64,000 nucleotides of DNA from Nitrospirales bacterium (GCA_965203295.1 CBDBCZ010000014.1:768001-832000); one strand, 5' to 3'. Numbered from the stretch's first letter, positions 1 to 13,562 are shown. Notes: generated by a model not told the origin, from the letters alone. Translations and numbers: made by a program.

Positions 1-2158
1 ACAGGTTTGTACGTAGCCTTGTTCCCAGATAACATGGTAAATCTTAAAGAGGGAACGAGGCTGGTTAGTGTGTTGCTATGAGCAATGCTGTCCATTATTA
101 TATGTACCCTTTGATGGTGGGCTTAGGCATGCTTGGCATTAGTTACCTCACCCTATTCCCTTCAGAGTCTGGCTGTTGGGGTGTTGGTAATTTTTTGGGT
201 TGATTAGGAAATCATGTTTATCAGTAGTTTTTCTATTGTAATTGAAGGATTAGGAGATCAGAGAAAAGTTCAAACTACAGTAGAGCCTTAGATTACTTAT
301 AATTCATGGAGGCTTGCCTGGTGTGAGTCAAATTAAGGGCTGTATGTAGCTGCTGGTCAGCCGGGAGTTGCTGGTCAGCTCTAGGTGCTACACACACCAT
401 CACCACACTGACAAAGCCTAAATTGCTGTCAGTGCTTCAGTTCTTTGTACTTTATACCCATGATAGTATGTTTGTTTACTTACAGAGCATTGGCCCTCTT
501 ACATTTGTGGACGTGCTGTCTAATCAGAAGAAATGCATCAGGACAAGGAAGGCTTTTTGCATCTTACCTCCTATTTATATTTATTTGTTCACGCAGTTGT
601 GTAAACAAGTGTACATTTGTTATGGAAGAAGATTGAATGTCAACTGTGCATGGGCTGTGGGGGTGAGGTGGGGTGACAACTTGCACTGGCCTACACTTGC
701 ACTTTTCTTGTTTCTGTTAAGGGCATGTGGTAACTTCAGTAGTAGTCACAGAATCAAACCAGATTACTTTCAGTATCAGCATGGCATGTGGAAGAGTGTC
801 AGCATCAGGCTATCAGCACATGTCTCTTCCACATGCCAATACTGTAAGCGATGGAAGCTGTGGCATGTAAGTGGGCTGGCTTGTAAAACTACTTTAGTGA
901 ACCAGACACTATGAGTATTCCACAGTTGTACGTTTTCTATTGCAGTGCCTTTCATATAAGGAACACTCCTCCTTTGCCCATTACAAGCTGTTACACAATA
1001 AAGTTTTGAACTTCGCGCTTTTGCAAATTTCTATACTGACACATGATTGTACTTAATGCAGTCCCAGTTTCCACAGCCATCTTGCCATTTTTTTTCAAAC
1101 AAAGTATACAAAGCTGACAGTGGAGACTGGAAACGAGAGATTAACCATGCTAGTTCGATGTTTTGACAGGTGGTTTGAAAGCGAATTGTACCAAACCATA
1201 CTAATCCAGTATTATAATCATTAGGGTTAGAGTTAAGGAAGGGGGATCAAGCAATACTGGGTAATACTACATGTATGTTCTCCAGTGTTCACATTGTTTC
1301 TGTACATGGGTGTGGATGAAGTATTTTTGCCTGCAAAGAAGATAGTCAAAGCAGTAATAAAAGTAGTATTTAATTATGAGTGCTATTGCATGTGAACAAT
1401 GATAAGGTAGTCTTGTTATAGATTCTCAACCCACAATTCTTCTTTGGCCCATGAGAGATTAAAGAAGCCCTAGTAGAATAATCATACACCCAATGGTACA
1501 CAGATATAATGTATTACATGCACATTAGAAAGTTGAGTCTGTCCCTGAATATTCAAACTTGGGGCAGCGGTACATCAGCGGTCCTGATTCTGAACTGGCA
1601 ATGTGATTAGTTGATTATAATAGTACATCATCAAAATGATGTCACAGTGGCAGTGTCCATAGTAGGGGCCACTGTAACTGTTATCTCCGTTTGGTGATGT
1701 AATAGGACATAATGCTGTGCCTACTTTGAATATTCAGGGTACCAGACCCATCTTTCTAACGTGGGGTTCGGGCATGAGACTAGTACATTACATGTAATGA
1801 CTGGATTGCATGCTTTCAATGAGCTGTACAACCGGAAACGACTTGCTGATACTACACACAATGAAGCTGTTTTAGGAAGTAGAGCAAGAGCATGATGATG
1901 GGTCATACTCAGGGATCTCTTACTTAATAACACCCTGGTTCATAACTATAAACTGAGGACGGTCTCATTTCAAAACTTACATCAAACTGTAAGGATTTCG
2001 CTCTTCCAAACAGAACTACATCCGCAGGTGTAAGAACAGTTAGTTCCTGAAGAGGGCAATAAGAGAACAATAACGCTCTGTACAACTCTCAATGGAAACC
2101 TGTAACTAATGAGCTGGGTGCAAAGTACCCTTTCTTTTTGAGTGTTGGGCAATGATTA

Positions 2159-2519
2159 CTGTATTGTCCCAGCAAGCGCCCACCCCCCAGTTTTGATAAG
2201 CCTATTGTCTGGGAGGCTCCTCCCTGTAAGCGCCCACCTTGTATTCATACCAGTATTACACAATACTATGCAATACACTAACTGGTCATGCAGAGGCTAG
2301 GCTTCCTGTGGAGTACTACTGAAGCTTTACAAGGGGTAAGTGCCTGCATTCTTTCCAATGCCTTTATGGTAGTAGCCGAAGAGGTACAAGTAAGTGGAAG
2401 GTGGGCCCTTACACAGTGGTAACTGAGTAGTTCAAAGGGCTCCTCCGTGTAAGCGCCCACCCATAATTTTTCTTGCGTGAGCTGCAAGCGCCCATGGGCG
2501 CTTGCTCGGGACAATACGG
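2159..2519. mobile_element. pogo-type MITE with TA target duplication
   Basis: TA|CTGTATTGTCCC-AGCAAGCGCCCA ... TGGGCGCTTGCTCGGGACAATACGG|TA; internal AAGCGCCCAC repeats. Confidence 0.85.
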
Positions 2520-4273
2520 TATGTGTAACATTGTAACAATACCGTGTAGGTCCAGTATTCGAGCAGAATGATGGTACTATGTATAACCACATCATGCTAA
2601 GTATTGTGTTACTGTGCTACATACAAAATGTTTACAAGGCAATTTGCAACTGTTAACTGGTAGCTACACTGTAAGAAATGTTTTGATTTTTTAGGTTCCA
2701 CTACAAGAAATGGCTGTGTATCTGACCGTACAGGTACACATGAAAACATCCATGAATAAACAACTGCCTACGTACTCCCATGTACATACCATATTGATTT
2801 GATCATGGTGTTTTCTGCAAGCCCTACATTGCACATATGTAGATAATGAACAGTTTTAAGTCTGTGAGTTGAGCTGAAACATAATTATGGAGTTCAACAA
2901 CTTCTGTTTGCATGTGAACACTATAGCCTCACCCCTGAACCCTATCCCCACACCACATTTACAATTCTGTAATAGAGTCAGCTATTAATACAGAATTGTA
3001 GATGAAACTACATTTGTGTGTGTAATTTGCTGGGTATCGTGAATAACTCCAGACTGACCATTATGGTTTGCATATCTCTTGCCTGTTTTATTTCTCCATT
3101 TCCTTTTGACCAGACAAGCACAAGGTATGGGATCTTCTTATACCCCTTCAATGTGTAGTTATAGCTCTTCAGAGCAAGCTTCTATATAAACAAGCAGAAA
3201 AGTCATGAAATATACAGGTACAATAAGTAAACAAGTAGTTGCATTTTTGAACGCCTATTTTTATCACATCACTGTATTCAAAGCGCTGTATTTTGAAATT
3301 TCTGTTAAGGACAAGGCTTATTATACACTGCATAAATAGCTGCTGCATTTACACAGTGCATTTGAGCCCTGCATGCCCTTAATAGAAGCTCAGCTACAGC
3401 ACTTGATAGCAATTTGAATGCGGTTATTCGACTCCCACACGGGACTGCCAATTGTATGATCCCCATCGCTCACCTCGCTCGCTCTGTGTACAGATATAAA
3501 TGAAATGTGTTACCCCATGTGATTAGGAACATTTCGCACCTGCCAATAACAGTAGTGCTGCTGACTGAGCCACGAGGAGGCAGCTCCACATTCAGGCCTA
3601 AACATTGTGTTGAAAATTGACTTCATCACAGTGGGGGGAAGTGCTTAGTATGTGTGCACACCACATATGCCAGTGACAGTAGACTATACTGTAGCGGCCA
3701 GATTCCTGCCTAAGATGCTACCACAGCCACGTGGCTATTAGATAGAGTGTTGATATCACAAGACGATTAAGAATCATGTCACACATTAGTCTTGTGTTCA
3801 GACTTTTGCTCTTCACCCTCACTGAAACAGTGATGCTAGCTGTGAACCCCTGGGCTGCCATACTATTGAGTCATGCAGAACAGACCTAGTATACCTCAAT
3901 GTTTAGGGGGTTCCAGCCCCACACTGGCTTATGGCATGGCTGTATTCAATACAAAGTGTTTGGCATTCTTGTATGGTTTCAGAAGTTCTATAGTAGGTAA
4001 ATCCATATCATCTTGTACATGTGCGTAGCTACACAATCTATAGCCTAGACACGATTACCTCACAGTAAATCCTCTTAATGACACCGAACTCCTGAACCAG
4101 TATATCAAATGCCTTATCCAGCACTTGCATCACCATCCCCTTCTGATGTATGGGGCCACATTCCTATGAGATACAAAACACTAAAGTGATTCTAGCTCTC
4201 ATAGCATATTTGGAACTAAGCAAAGTGTCCTTAATACAGAGGTGTCTTTATTTCAGGGGTGTCCATTAATTAA

Positions 4274-4412
4274 CCCTTTACCAACCACAAGAAACAGCTT
4301 AAAGCAGAAAAGTGGTACAAAGTATTAACGCCTAGTATTAACCCCCCCATATAAATTAATATGGGCTTATGGGAGATCATGACACGTATATGCGTCATTA
4401 GTTGGTAAAGAG
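4274..4412. mobile_element. piggyBac-like mini-element with TTAA target duplication
   Basis: TTAA|CCCTTTACCAAC ... GTTGGTAAAGAG|TTAA, 12-bp TIR with 1 mismatch. Confidence 0.65.
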
Positions 4413-5532
4413 TTAATTAAAGAGGGTTTCTCTGTAAATACCATATTGTCTAGTAAGTCTCACATAGATGGCATCTTCACAACTGTAAAACTCTTGGTAA
4501 GAATAAATGTCGCCCTACATATGTATGTACATAGTTGTACATGTACACGTATATGGCTATACAGCATGAAAATACCATAGGTGTTTATATCACTACAAAC
4601 CAGTGACAATACCGCTGCAGTCACACAGTATTGAAGACTGAATTGCTATCCCCTTGAAATGGTAGTACCGCCACTGATGAAATTGTATGGGAAACTGGCA
4701 GCTCATCTAATGCAAAGTATATCACTGAGCATCACTTTCAACGTAAACACTAGAAGATTTGAATGTGAAACCGCATCCAAAGCCCCACGTAGCGTCATCA
4801 CTGACGAAGACGTTTGGGCTGCCAGCACCACTGTCAGGCAACACCATGACAGAGACTCTAGACTGACAGACTGTCACGTTCAGCTTGACTAAAAAATGAC
4901 AGACTGACACAGCTTGCATGAGAATGCCATAGCTTGGCATGCAGCTTGCAAACTACATATAGAAATTTTATGTTATATTACTCTTCATGTTAGATTGCTT
5001 GCTTGTCTGCTTCGCTTCTCACTGTCTGAGCACCAGCATGTAAACCCTGTCATGTGTTGTACATGTTGTTCATTCGTACCAGGTAAAGACCCAGTATTGG
5101 TCAAAATATTGTGTACAAAGACGTTAAAGCACTGTTTGATTGACTCCTCTCAGAACTACACCTCTGTTCATGTGTACTACTAAGTAGTATTATAGAATAT
5201 TGTATGAAAGTATTATACAACAAACACTGCATGCTATTTACCCTGACAAATACAGAAAAGAATAGCTGGCTACTGAGCTCCTGTGGACAAGAAAGTGAGT
5301 AAGAATGCTATAAATTCACAACTCTTAAAATAAGTCAGCCATTGCCACAGAAAGATATAGGGGATTGCAGCAATCAGTTACACTACTTTGTGATAAATTA
5401 ATAATGCTGCAATAGCTACAAACAGGAAGCTTGACTGTAAATGCTTGTCAGAAACAAACTGTGGCCCTCCCTCTAGTTCTGATGTCACAGGTATACTGCT
5501 ACATTGCATATTGTTCTTGCATGACATTTTGT

Positions 5533-6016
5533 ATTAACCTCGCTCTCAACTCTCTGCTTATGGTGGGGTTAAGCAATAGGTTTTGTCAGTCTGTCGTCTG
5601 TCCCGTGAAAAATCGAAATCATGAGATTTACATGATGAAACCATTGCTAAACCTGACTTGAAATCCAACAAAGGTACCTGCGTGTACCTGATAGCAGCCA
5701 CAGCAGTTCTATTTGCAGCTCTTTTCTACTTAACATTGGTATGGAGAGGAGCTTGTGATTGCCATGAAGTATGGTTCTCCATTGTAACAAGTAGAATATG
5801 ACAGAGGCTGGGCATACACGGACTCTGTACACATGTTCATATTGGCGTACGTGTGCATAGAGAAGTGTCTGTGTCATTAATACGGCATCGGTCACGCCCA
5901 CAGATAGGATACGGTCATACACAAGCACTGTACATGCACAGCTAGGTAGTCCATGCAGGATCCCATTTGTATAAATTATGCAGCGTGGGGTATGTCTCGT
6001 CTAGAGACATCTAGTT
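5533..6016 (+). mobile_element. Helentron-associated non-autonomous element (HINE/DINE-1-like), degenerate
   Basis: GGGGTTAAGCAAT then a GTCT tract; 3' GCGTGGGGTA, GTCTCGTCTAGAGAC hairpin and CTAGTT; shares blocks with 7521-8028. Confidence 0.6.
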
Positions 6017-6299
6017 TTCATTATGCAGAGCAGCTGAGCTAGGAAAGAGGAGTGGGTACTATACATTACGTATTCTGTATACTGCACACAAACCAGATGG
6101 GGATCATGTGATTGCTATACGTATAAAGCCCCTAAGCCCAATCAGTTCTTCAGTTGACCCCGAGGAGCTCCTAAGATGCTACAAGGGTGAACTGCAGGAA
6201 ATTAAGCAGGTCTTCAACTCTAGCCTGACCACTCACGTTTTATTGCACACTAAAATGTACAAGTACTTGCGCTCGCTTCGCTCGCGCAAGTACTTGTGC

Positions 6300-7020
6300 G
6301 TGTTCAACTCGCTCACTCTGTACAGATAGAAATGAAAAGTGTGACCTCTGTGATTCGCATGGAACAGTATAGCATCTTCTGCCAATGAAGCAGTGCTTTT
6401 GACTAAGCCACATGTCAGTGTTGAAAATTGACTTGTCACAGTGGGGGGTAAGTATATAGTACGTGTGTACACTACATTTCTTTTAGAAGCCAAAGCATGT
6501 ATTATGTAATGTCCATGTAGTATAGCTATCATATGGAATGTGGAGCATCTGCCAGTGGCAGTAGCCTGGTCGAGACTTTGACAGTAGTTTCTGCCTGAGC
6601 CATGTGGAGGCAGCAACTCAAAGGAGAGACTGCAAATAATTACAAAGCTATACCCACATCAGCACATGTAGGCGAATGGAACTGACTCCATTTAATGCAC
6701 ATCGTCGTTTGTCTAGCGTAGCAGTTACAGCTGTGCATGGTTTGCACTTACAGGACTATACAGCCACTAACTTTCGCAATAGAGCGCGCTCGAAGTGTTA
6801 ATTTGAGGCTATCATGATAATACCGTCAGCTGTTATATAGAGCATCCTAACGCACGCAGCGGTCGAAGTCGTCCCAACGCATGCAGCGGTCAAAGTACTA
6901 ATTAGCAATGTACACATATGATGACGTCACGGTCTTCTCGCGTATTCTCGCGCAATCGAGGGTGATGATTAGCGGACGTCACATCCGTTACACACAGACA
7001 CACACACGGACAGAACTAAC
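6300..7020. repeat. interspersed repeat; related pieces at ~3470-3730, ~24985-25420 (inverted) and ~62585-62630
   Basis: Shared blocks such as GTGTTGAAAATTGACTT..CACAGTGGGGGG, TTAAATGGAGTCAGT (inverted) and CGCTCGCT..CAGATAGAAATGAA; palindrome at 6261-6295. Confidence 0.55.
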
Positions 7021-7363
7021 GTTAAAGTATTGACAGTGAGATAAATAGTCCAGCCTATGATTAGGAGTGCAAACCTGGACAATTTTGGCAGCGTTTTTCT
7101 TCTTGTTACAATGTTTAGCCTGCCTCTCTACTTCGTCTGCTGTCCTAGTGAAGTGTGGACCCTCTCCTGTGATAATCCATAGCTAGCAGTCTTAAAAATG
7201 ACATTTTAAAAGTAACCTTGCAGTATCAAGAGTGGACATACATAATAATTGTAATAAAACAAATGCAGGGAATTGGGGGGACAAACCTGAGAGTAAACAT
7301 GCTGATAATTGACCAATTTTATGTATGAACATAATACAATATGTATGCAGTGTATGTTATATT

Positions 7364-7481
7364 TGTACCATGGGTTTCAAGGTGTATGGGATTTGTACTC
7401 TAGGGCAGTTGTATGTAAGACATACAAGACATACAACTGCACGAGGGTACAAATCCCATACACCTTAGAAACCCATGGTAC
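7364..7481. repeat. hairpin mini-MITE (~50-bp arms)
   Basis: TGTACCATGGGTTTC..GGTGTATGGGATTTGTAC pairs with GTACAAATCCCATACACC..GAAACCCATGGTACA. Confidence 0.8.
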
Positions 7482-7520
7482 AGATGACTTGTGCCACAGT
7501 AGCTTTTATAGTGCCCGCTA

Positions 7521-8028
7521 ATTACCCCGCGGCGCGTAGGCAGCGGCGGGGTTAAGCAATCGGTTCTTTCTGTCTGTCTATCTGTCTGTCTGTCTTTCTG
7601 TTGTCTGTCTGTCGCCTCAAAAATGGGCTTTTCTCGCGCTTTACCGGGTTAAGCGATTGCTAAACACGACAGTAACATTGTAATCCAAAAAAAAATGTCC
7701 GGGTGTGTACGTGATAGTTGCCAAAGCGGTTCCATTCGCTGCATCTGCAGCTCTTTCTTATTTAACAACGGTACATTCTGCCATTTTAATACGGTCACAA
7801 CTAGAATACGATAGAGGCCGAGAATATACGGACGCTGGTCACGTGTTCATATTGGCAATCAGTCACGCCCACAGATGCGCATATGCGAGCGCTGTACACT
7901 CTGCATGCGGATACACAGCCAGCGATATACACTTTGCCAACTACTCCATCGACCCAGTCTGCAGTCCTGCCAGCTCCAAGTTGTGAATTATGCACCGCGG
8001 GGTATGTTTCTGCTAGAAACTTCTAGTT
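7521..8028 (+). mobile_element. Helentron-associated non-autonomous element (HINE/DINE-1-like)
   Basis: Sub-terminal inverted repeat ACCCCGCGG / CCGCGGGGT, (GTCT)n microsatellite, 3' stem-loop GTTTCTGCTAGAAAC and a CTAGTT end. Confidence 0.7.
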
Positions 8029-8299
8029 GTTTCACAGTTTTCAGAAGAAGCCACAGTTGCCCAGCAACCCTCATGTACCCTAGGATACAAAGATGTACCC
8101 TGGCTTGAAAGGCACCGCCTAAGTACATGGGGTTTGTACACTATGGCGGTGCCTTTCAAGTGACTTACAACTATGGTACAAATTGTATTGTTATGCGTAC
8201 AACAGGGTTGCCGATATCAGAACAAACTGTGCTTTTTCCAGGAGTTGGAATCAGTAATTAGATATAACAGATATAGGAAAAGTGAATCAGTTTCTGGTA

Positions 8300-10349
8300 T
8301 GGATAAAATTGGGGCGGACTGTAAAAACCACTAAACAACCAAAAACGGGTGAATAATAAATTGCATATTGAACGGTTTCAGGATGAGGAAGTATCAGGAA
8401 ACCTTAAGGGTACATGTAGATTCAGGATCAGAATTAGTGAAGGCAGTGGTTCAAGACTGGGAAGATACAGCAAAGAGAAGAGCATCAAAAGAAATTGGGG
8501 ATAAGGGATAGTGTGTGGCAAAGTGGAAGGAGATGCTGAGTGCCTGGGTAACTACAGAGGTAATACACCATTGAATGTGGTAGGAAAACAGTTTTTGCAA
8601 GATTCTAAGTAATCGCGTAGTAGAATTAGAAAGGGCTCTTCATGAGGGAATGGCAGAATTTAGAGAGAACAGGAGTTATGTCTTTATTCTAAAGGAAATC
8701 ACACAAGGTAGAATGAGAGATGCTTACGCTTTCTCTTAGATGTGCATTTGACACAATTTTGCATGGTGGCTTATGTTTAAACTTATGTAGGATGTGGAGA
8801 AAAAGCACTTTACCAAAAAGTGCAAAAAGCAATCATGTAGGGATGCACTTCCACAAAAAACAAAGTATAACTTACACCACAATGGGTTCACAGATTACCT
8901 ACACATCACAGCCCAATGTATTACAAAATAGCTACAAATCACAGTGTAGTGCGTTTACAAAGACCATTTTGGGTAATGAGATGTAGGGAGGATGGTCTCC
9001 GTAAACACACTGCACTGTGATTTGTAGCTACCCTGTAATTCATTGGGCTGTGATGTGTAGGTAATCGGAGAACCCATTGCGATGCGAGTTATAGCTTGTT
9101 TCCTTTGTTTTTGTGGAAGTGCATCTCTACATGAATGCTTTTTGGTAGAGTGCTTTTTCTGCAACTTGTTTTGGGTGTTAATTTTTTAGGGGGAGGGTGC
9201 GTGCACCAAAAGCCATGTAGACTTGCATCAACCAAATTTAATCAGCCATGTGAGTAAGAGCATTCATTTTATAGCTACAGTTCGTGTCACTTACGCAGTA
9301 ATTAACCAGGCAACACAACTCGCGTACTCAGCAGCACAGGTCCAAGCAGTCTGCACGATCAAAAGGTAGGCGTTAAATAGACAAACACATGGTGGCAGGC
9401 AGTCTGCGCATGCGTATCCTACCAACAATGCCGTGTGAATGCCTAGACTATACCTACAACGGAGTTCTGAACATGTCATTTTATACGCAGTTAATGGAGA
9501 CGCCATTATTCTTTGGAGCCATCCCACTGCCGTACTCCATGATGTGTTATTACACAGAGTGCTGTTTTACAGGAGGGAGCAGGTCAGGGGGTGGCACAGG
9601 GGTATGGTGTATTGCCTATCCTATTTCCATAATAATTTATCAATCAGATGTTGAGAAGGCTGCGATTGGCATAGCTATTAAGAATGATGTTAAGGCTGAT
9701 GATTTTTAGGTTTAGCTACTAATGCTGAGGACTTACAAACGTTGATTAATGTAGTACAGGCGCTTGTAATGAGTGGAGGTTGAAATGTAACATAAAAAGG
9801 GCATATTTCAAAGAGATTGATACAGGTACATGTACAAGTATATGGAAGTGGGGAGATAAAAGACATTTCAAGGGTTGCAAGTTACTGTTACTTGGGCATT
9901 GTCAATCAATTAATCATTCTAGTATGTCTCGATTACTACTAGACAGTGAGTGGGAAGTGAATCTGTAGAGGTAAGCAGAGGAAGACCTGGAAAAAAGGTA
10001 TTAGTGAATCCTTGCTACCATTAAATCTAGATAGTCAGGAAGTATTAGCTGAAGATTACAATGTAAATTTGTTCGTAAAGAGAGTAGATGAAGAATTGAG
10101 AAATAGAGAGAATAAAGACTCTAATGATGGTTTAAACAGTAAAATTAAACTGATGTCTTTTTGTAAGGAAATAGAATTACTTGCAGGGGGTTGGGGATCC
10201 AGGAACATGACTGATGTTTAAGTATAGGTTAGGTACTAATAGTCTGAATATAGGAATTAGACATAGGGGTAAAAATGATGATAGGCAGTGTAAGTCATGT
10301 TGGGAAGAATGTGAGAGTGTAGTACATGTGCTCTGGGAGTGTCCTGTAA
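8300..10349 (+). mobile_element. degenerate non-LTR retrotransposon (RT plus C-terminal CCHC), interrupted at ~8800-9555
   Basis: Fragments GNYRGNTPLNVVGK, EKAAIGIAIKNDVKADDF and CKSCWEECESVVHVLWECP, with many stops and frameshifts. Confidence 0.85.
8798..9160. repeat. foldback inverted repeat (~165-bp arms) inside the LINE
   Basis: ATTACCTACACATCACAGCCCAATG recurs inverted as CATTGGGCTGTGATGTGTAGGTAAT; ORFs 8720..8986+ and 8955..9164- mirror each other. Confidence 0.85.
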
Positions 10350-10470
10350 AACATCTGGTTGCTCTTGTCTTCTGACTGGAGATATTATTATTGCTTCTTC
10401 CAGAAGAAAAACCACTCGCAGTACATCACCATACTGCTCCCATTGTCTTGTACTAAAGCCTACTAATCAC

Positions 10471-11056
10471 AAATTTACGTCACCGGAGGGAATAGCTGGT
10501 GGATGCTGATTTTCCAATACATTTCTTGAAGCCATTGTTTTCCACAAGCACTTCTAAACACACTAGGGAAGACTAGCTATATAAACTCTTTGATGACAAC
10601 ACCATTGGCTACACATGTTAAAAAGTATAAATGTTAAACCATAAACTATCAGACAAATAGAAGTGACCCACACATGAAGGTTGAAAGACAGAAAAACTAA
10701 ACAGCTGTCTTACTTGTGTGGGCGTAACTAAGGATTGTCCCAAACTAAATACTCCCAGCAGCTATAGTGCTAATTGTATTGTTAACTATCAACTCTATGC
10801 AATAAGCTAGCCTGGCCATCCGCACCATCTCTATATGTACTACACTAAATTTACGTCACTGGAGGGAATAGCTGGTGGATGCTGATTTTTCAATACATTT
10901 CTCGAAGCCATTGTTGTCCACAAGCACTTCTAAACACACTAGGGCCAGGAAAATGAAAACTAGCTATACACTCTTTGATGACAACACCATTGGCTACACA
11001 TGTTAAAAAGTATAAACGTTGAACCGTGAACTATCAGACAAATAGACAGTGACCTG
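10471..11056 (+). repeat. ~200-bp direct duplication (10471-10669 / 10847-11056)
   Basis: AAATTTACGTCAC.GGAGGGAATAGCTGGTGGATGCTG...AACTATCAGACAAATAGA occurs twice. Confidence 0.9.
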
Positions 11057-12975
11057 ATCAGTGATTTCAAATCCCAAGCAGAAATGATGTCTGAGAAGCA
11101 TATTCAAACAGAAGGTGTAGATTTTCGGGCAGACTTACGTATTTAATCATGACATTGACTGCTTCTTCATGCTTACTCATACTAAAACACTCACCCAGAG
11201 CATGGGCAAGCTGCCTGTGGACAATTATGTCAGCATATCTGCGGATGGGGGAAGTGAAGTGTGTGTAGAGGGGCACATTGAGGGCATAGTGGACAAGGGG
11301 TTACAAGAGAGTTGAGATTATAGGATCATACCGAGACACTACCAGTCCATCAACATGTATCGTACATACTTGTGCAGCCGTATCTCTAGGTCTGTGTAGA
11401 CATCACTTTATTAGAAATATTCCGAATCACTGTAACAGTGATCGTGCCATAGCACATTGTTTTTCAGCAGAACAGCATCATCACTTCTTATGTGTAACAG
11501 ACCAACTTTCAAAATGTGTATTTAGACCTAGACAAGCTTAATACATACTCCAGTCTTCCCATGCACACAGCTTTTAGTGCCTTTTTCCACTGCTGTAAAA
11601 CCTATATCATGGGAAGGCCTGGTTACAAGGATAGGCTATTGTGTTAACAATTATTCCCAAATTGCACTCCAATCCATGTGATCACCCATACTAAGCACTT
11701 ACGTAAAACATTTCTTTAGCCTGTGCTATTTCCATAGCCCAGTGCAGAAATGCTCGGGATTCTGTAAGTACAAACCTTGAGCTAAAGTCTAGTGAGGCTA
11801 AAAATGTAGGCTGTTCTCAGGACAATGAATTTTTGTATTTTCATTGATGATAGAGTACTCTATTATTGCTGATGTGTTAACAATCAGACCATACTTTGGC
11901 AAGGAATCTTCATTAGTGCAGGGTGTGGCTTCCATGGCTAGTGATATATACTGAGTACAGTAAGTAGGTGTGGAGACTTTAGCTTAGCCCCCCATTCTCA
12001 GAGGTCTACAAATTAGGCCCATCAGCAGAGTAGTTTGAAGTGCCAATTAAACTGCAATTGAGCACTCACTGCAATGGGCCACTTATAGTTCTAGTCTGGA
12101 GCAGCCAGCCCACCTGACACTTTGGTGCAATATATGTAGCTATCAGCACCACCTGGACTATGGCTTTACCATATATAGCTGTGTGCTAGCAATAGTTAGG
12201 CGTGTGTAGACAATGGCTGCTCTCTTTGGAGGCTAGATTGCTCTGCTCTGCGCTCTCTCAGTGTATCTTTCAACCAGGTTATTAGTAGAATGTGGTCTGC
12301 TATTGTTCATTCAGTTGGGCTAATTCAAGTCTATTCAACATGTTGTTCACCAGATTTAGTTAATTCTATTCATCTGCTGTGTCTCACTCTTCTCCTCTTG
12401 TCCGTTCTGTTTTTGTTGATAGTGCTCAAGCATGTAATTAGAATTTCATTGGCTACAATTTTTCGTATGGTAGACGCCATTGTAAGACCTGCTCCACTGA
12501 AGATGTTGCTTTGGGCTGGCTGATAAGAGAGATCTGTAGCACGCATGCTCCTAATTTCAGCTGCTCTGAACTGGACACTATTGTGTGTTCTGCCTCCACT
12601 TAACTTAATCAATGTTTTTACATGACATTGTACTTTCTATACATTGTACCTCTGTTGGTATGTATGCAATAATGATAATAACAATAATAAAGAGCCATTT
12701 GAAGTTGTGTTGTGGCCATAACTCTTCACAGAAAGGGCTACATATAAGAAGCTGTTATTTATACCTCCATAATCTTGGAGCAGAGCACCACTAGAATCAT
12801 CTTCTCCAGCGTACAGTTATCAGGGTTGTCACTACCACGGTATTGTACATAGCAGTTTAGGGAAGCCTGAATGGCAGCAGTACTGCTTGTGTCCAGATGA
12901 ATGCCTAGGCTGGCACACTTTGAAACCTGTGGGCACCAATAATCCTATGGTTTATGATATGCAGTATACATTATA

Positions 12976-13427
12976 CAATATAGCGGGAAATTTTGCCAGC
13001 TGGTAGCAGCGAAAAGCAAACGGGTGAAAATTTTTTGTGCTGACGAAGCTGTTTCTGCCAAGTGAATAATGACTGTACTAAGATACTTGCAAGTTCTACA
13101 ATACCACAGCGAGCTCACTGACCTTGCAAAGCAGAGCCAGACTGTTTGTAGCAATGGCCCGCGAAGCTAGCTGTACCGAAGACTATAGTCTCGCTGGCCC
13201 GCAAGACTACTGCAGGACCTTACTACTGGTGATTGACAAAAGGCGACAATGGTGGCAATTTCAGAACGATCATCAACCATGTTCTCTATTGCGTGCAACT
13301 TGGACATAACTGCATGTTAAACAACTTTGGAGATGCGCGCAAAAATAATTTTGGTAAACTTTTTCCCCAACACTTCGCAACTACATTCGGTGAAATTTGA
13401 CCCTGGTGCAAATTTTCCACTATACAG
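12976..13427. mobile_element. older pogo-type MITE, TA-flanked
   Basis: TA|CAATATAGCGGGAAATTTTGCC ... GCAAATTTTCCACTATACAG|TA; termini resemble the left TIR of the 32162 element. Confidence 0.6.
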
Positions 13428-13562
13428 TAGTCACTGTGGTGCTATTACCTTTCAGGATCATATTATATTTTAATTATGATGGCTACATATTACATTCTCA
13501 GATTGTTACGTAGCTGGTCCAATTACTTACTGAAGCAGTGAAGGGGCTGGTTCCTGAAACTT

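Larger units (their letters stand above)
1553..12926 (-). pseudogene. DIS3L2: 3' half of a DIS3L2 (RNB/RNase II-family exoribonuclease) gene, disrupted
   Basis: Exons in DIS3L2 order: 12926-12765 VSKCASLGIHLD..LCSKIME; 11761-11703 NPEHFCTG/AMEIAQAKEMFY (59 nt, 1-nt frameshift); 11291-11195 [33 protein letters not shown] (RNB signature, no AG acceptor); 7166-7075 EGPHF..QAKHCNKKKNAAKIVQ; 5280-5242 ELSSQLFFSVFVR; 4163-4059 ECGPIHQKGMVMQVLDKAFDILVQEFGVIKRIYCE; 3181-3059 KLALKSY..LVLVWS; 2046-1981 ELTVLTPADVVL; 1594-1553 FRIRTADVPLPQV-stop. Splice phases are consistent from 11195 downward. No 5' exons seen. Confidence 0.9.

Noticed and set aside
423..914. 163-aa ORF
   Set aside because: Non-ATG start, no recognisable motif, composition like non-coding DNA.
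4063..4435. CAGT-ended MITE spanning this interval
   Set aside because: The apparent left end is DIS3L2 exon sequence; only a right-end fragment is present.
10490..10930. Ankyrin-like CLEVLVENN peptide in the duplicated unit
   Set aside because: Too short and ends in a stop; cannot be supported.
11292..11702. U12-type intron with an AC acceptor
   Set aside because: The donor is GTAAGT, not (A/G)TATCCTT.
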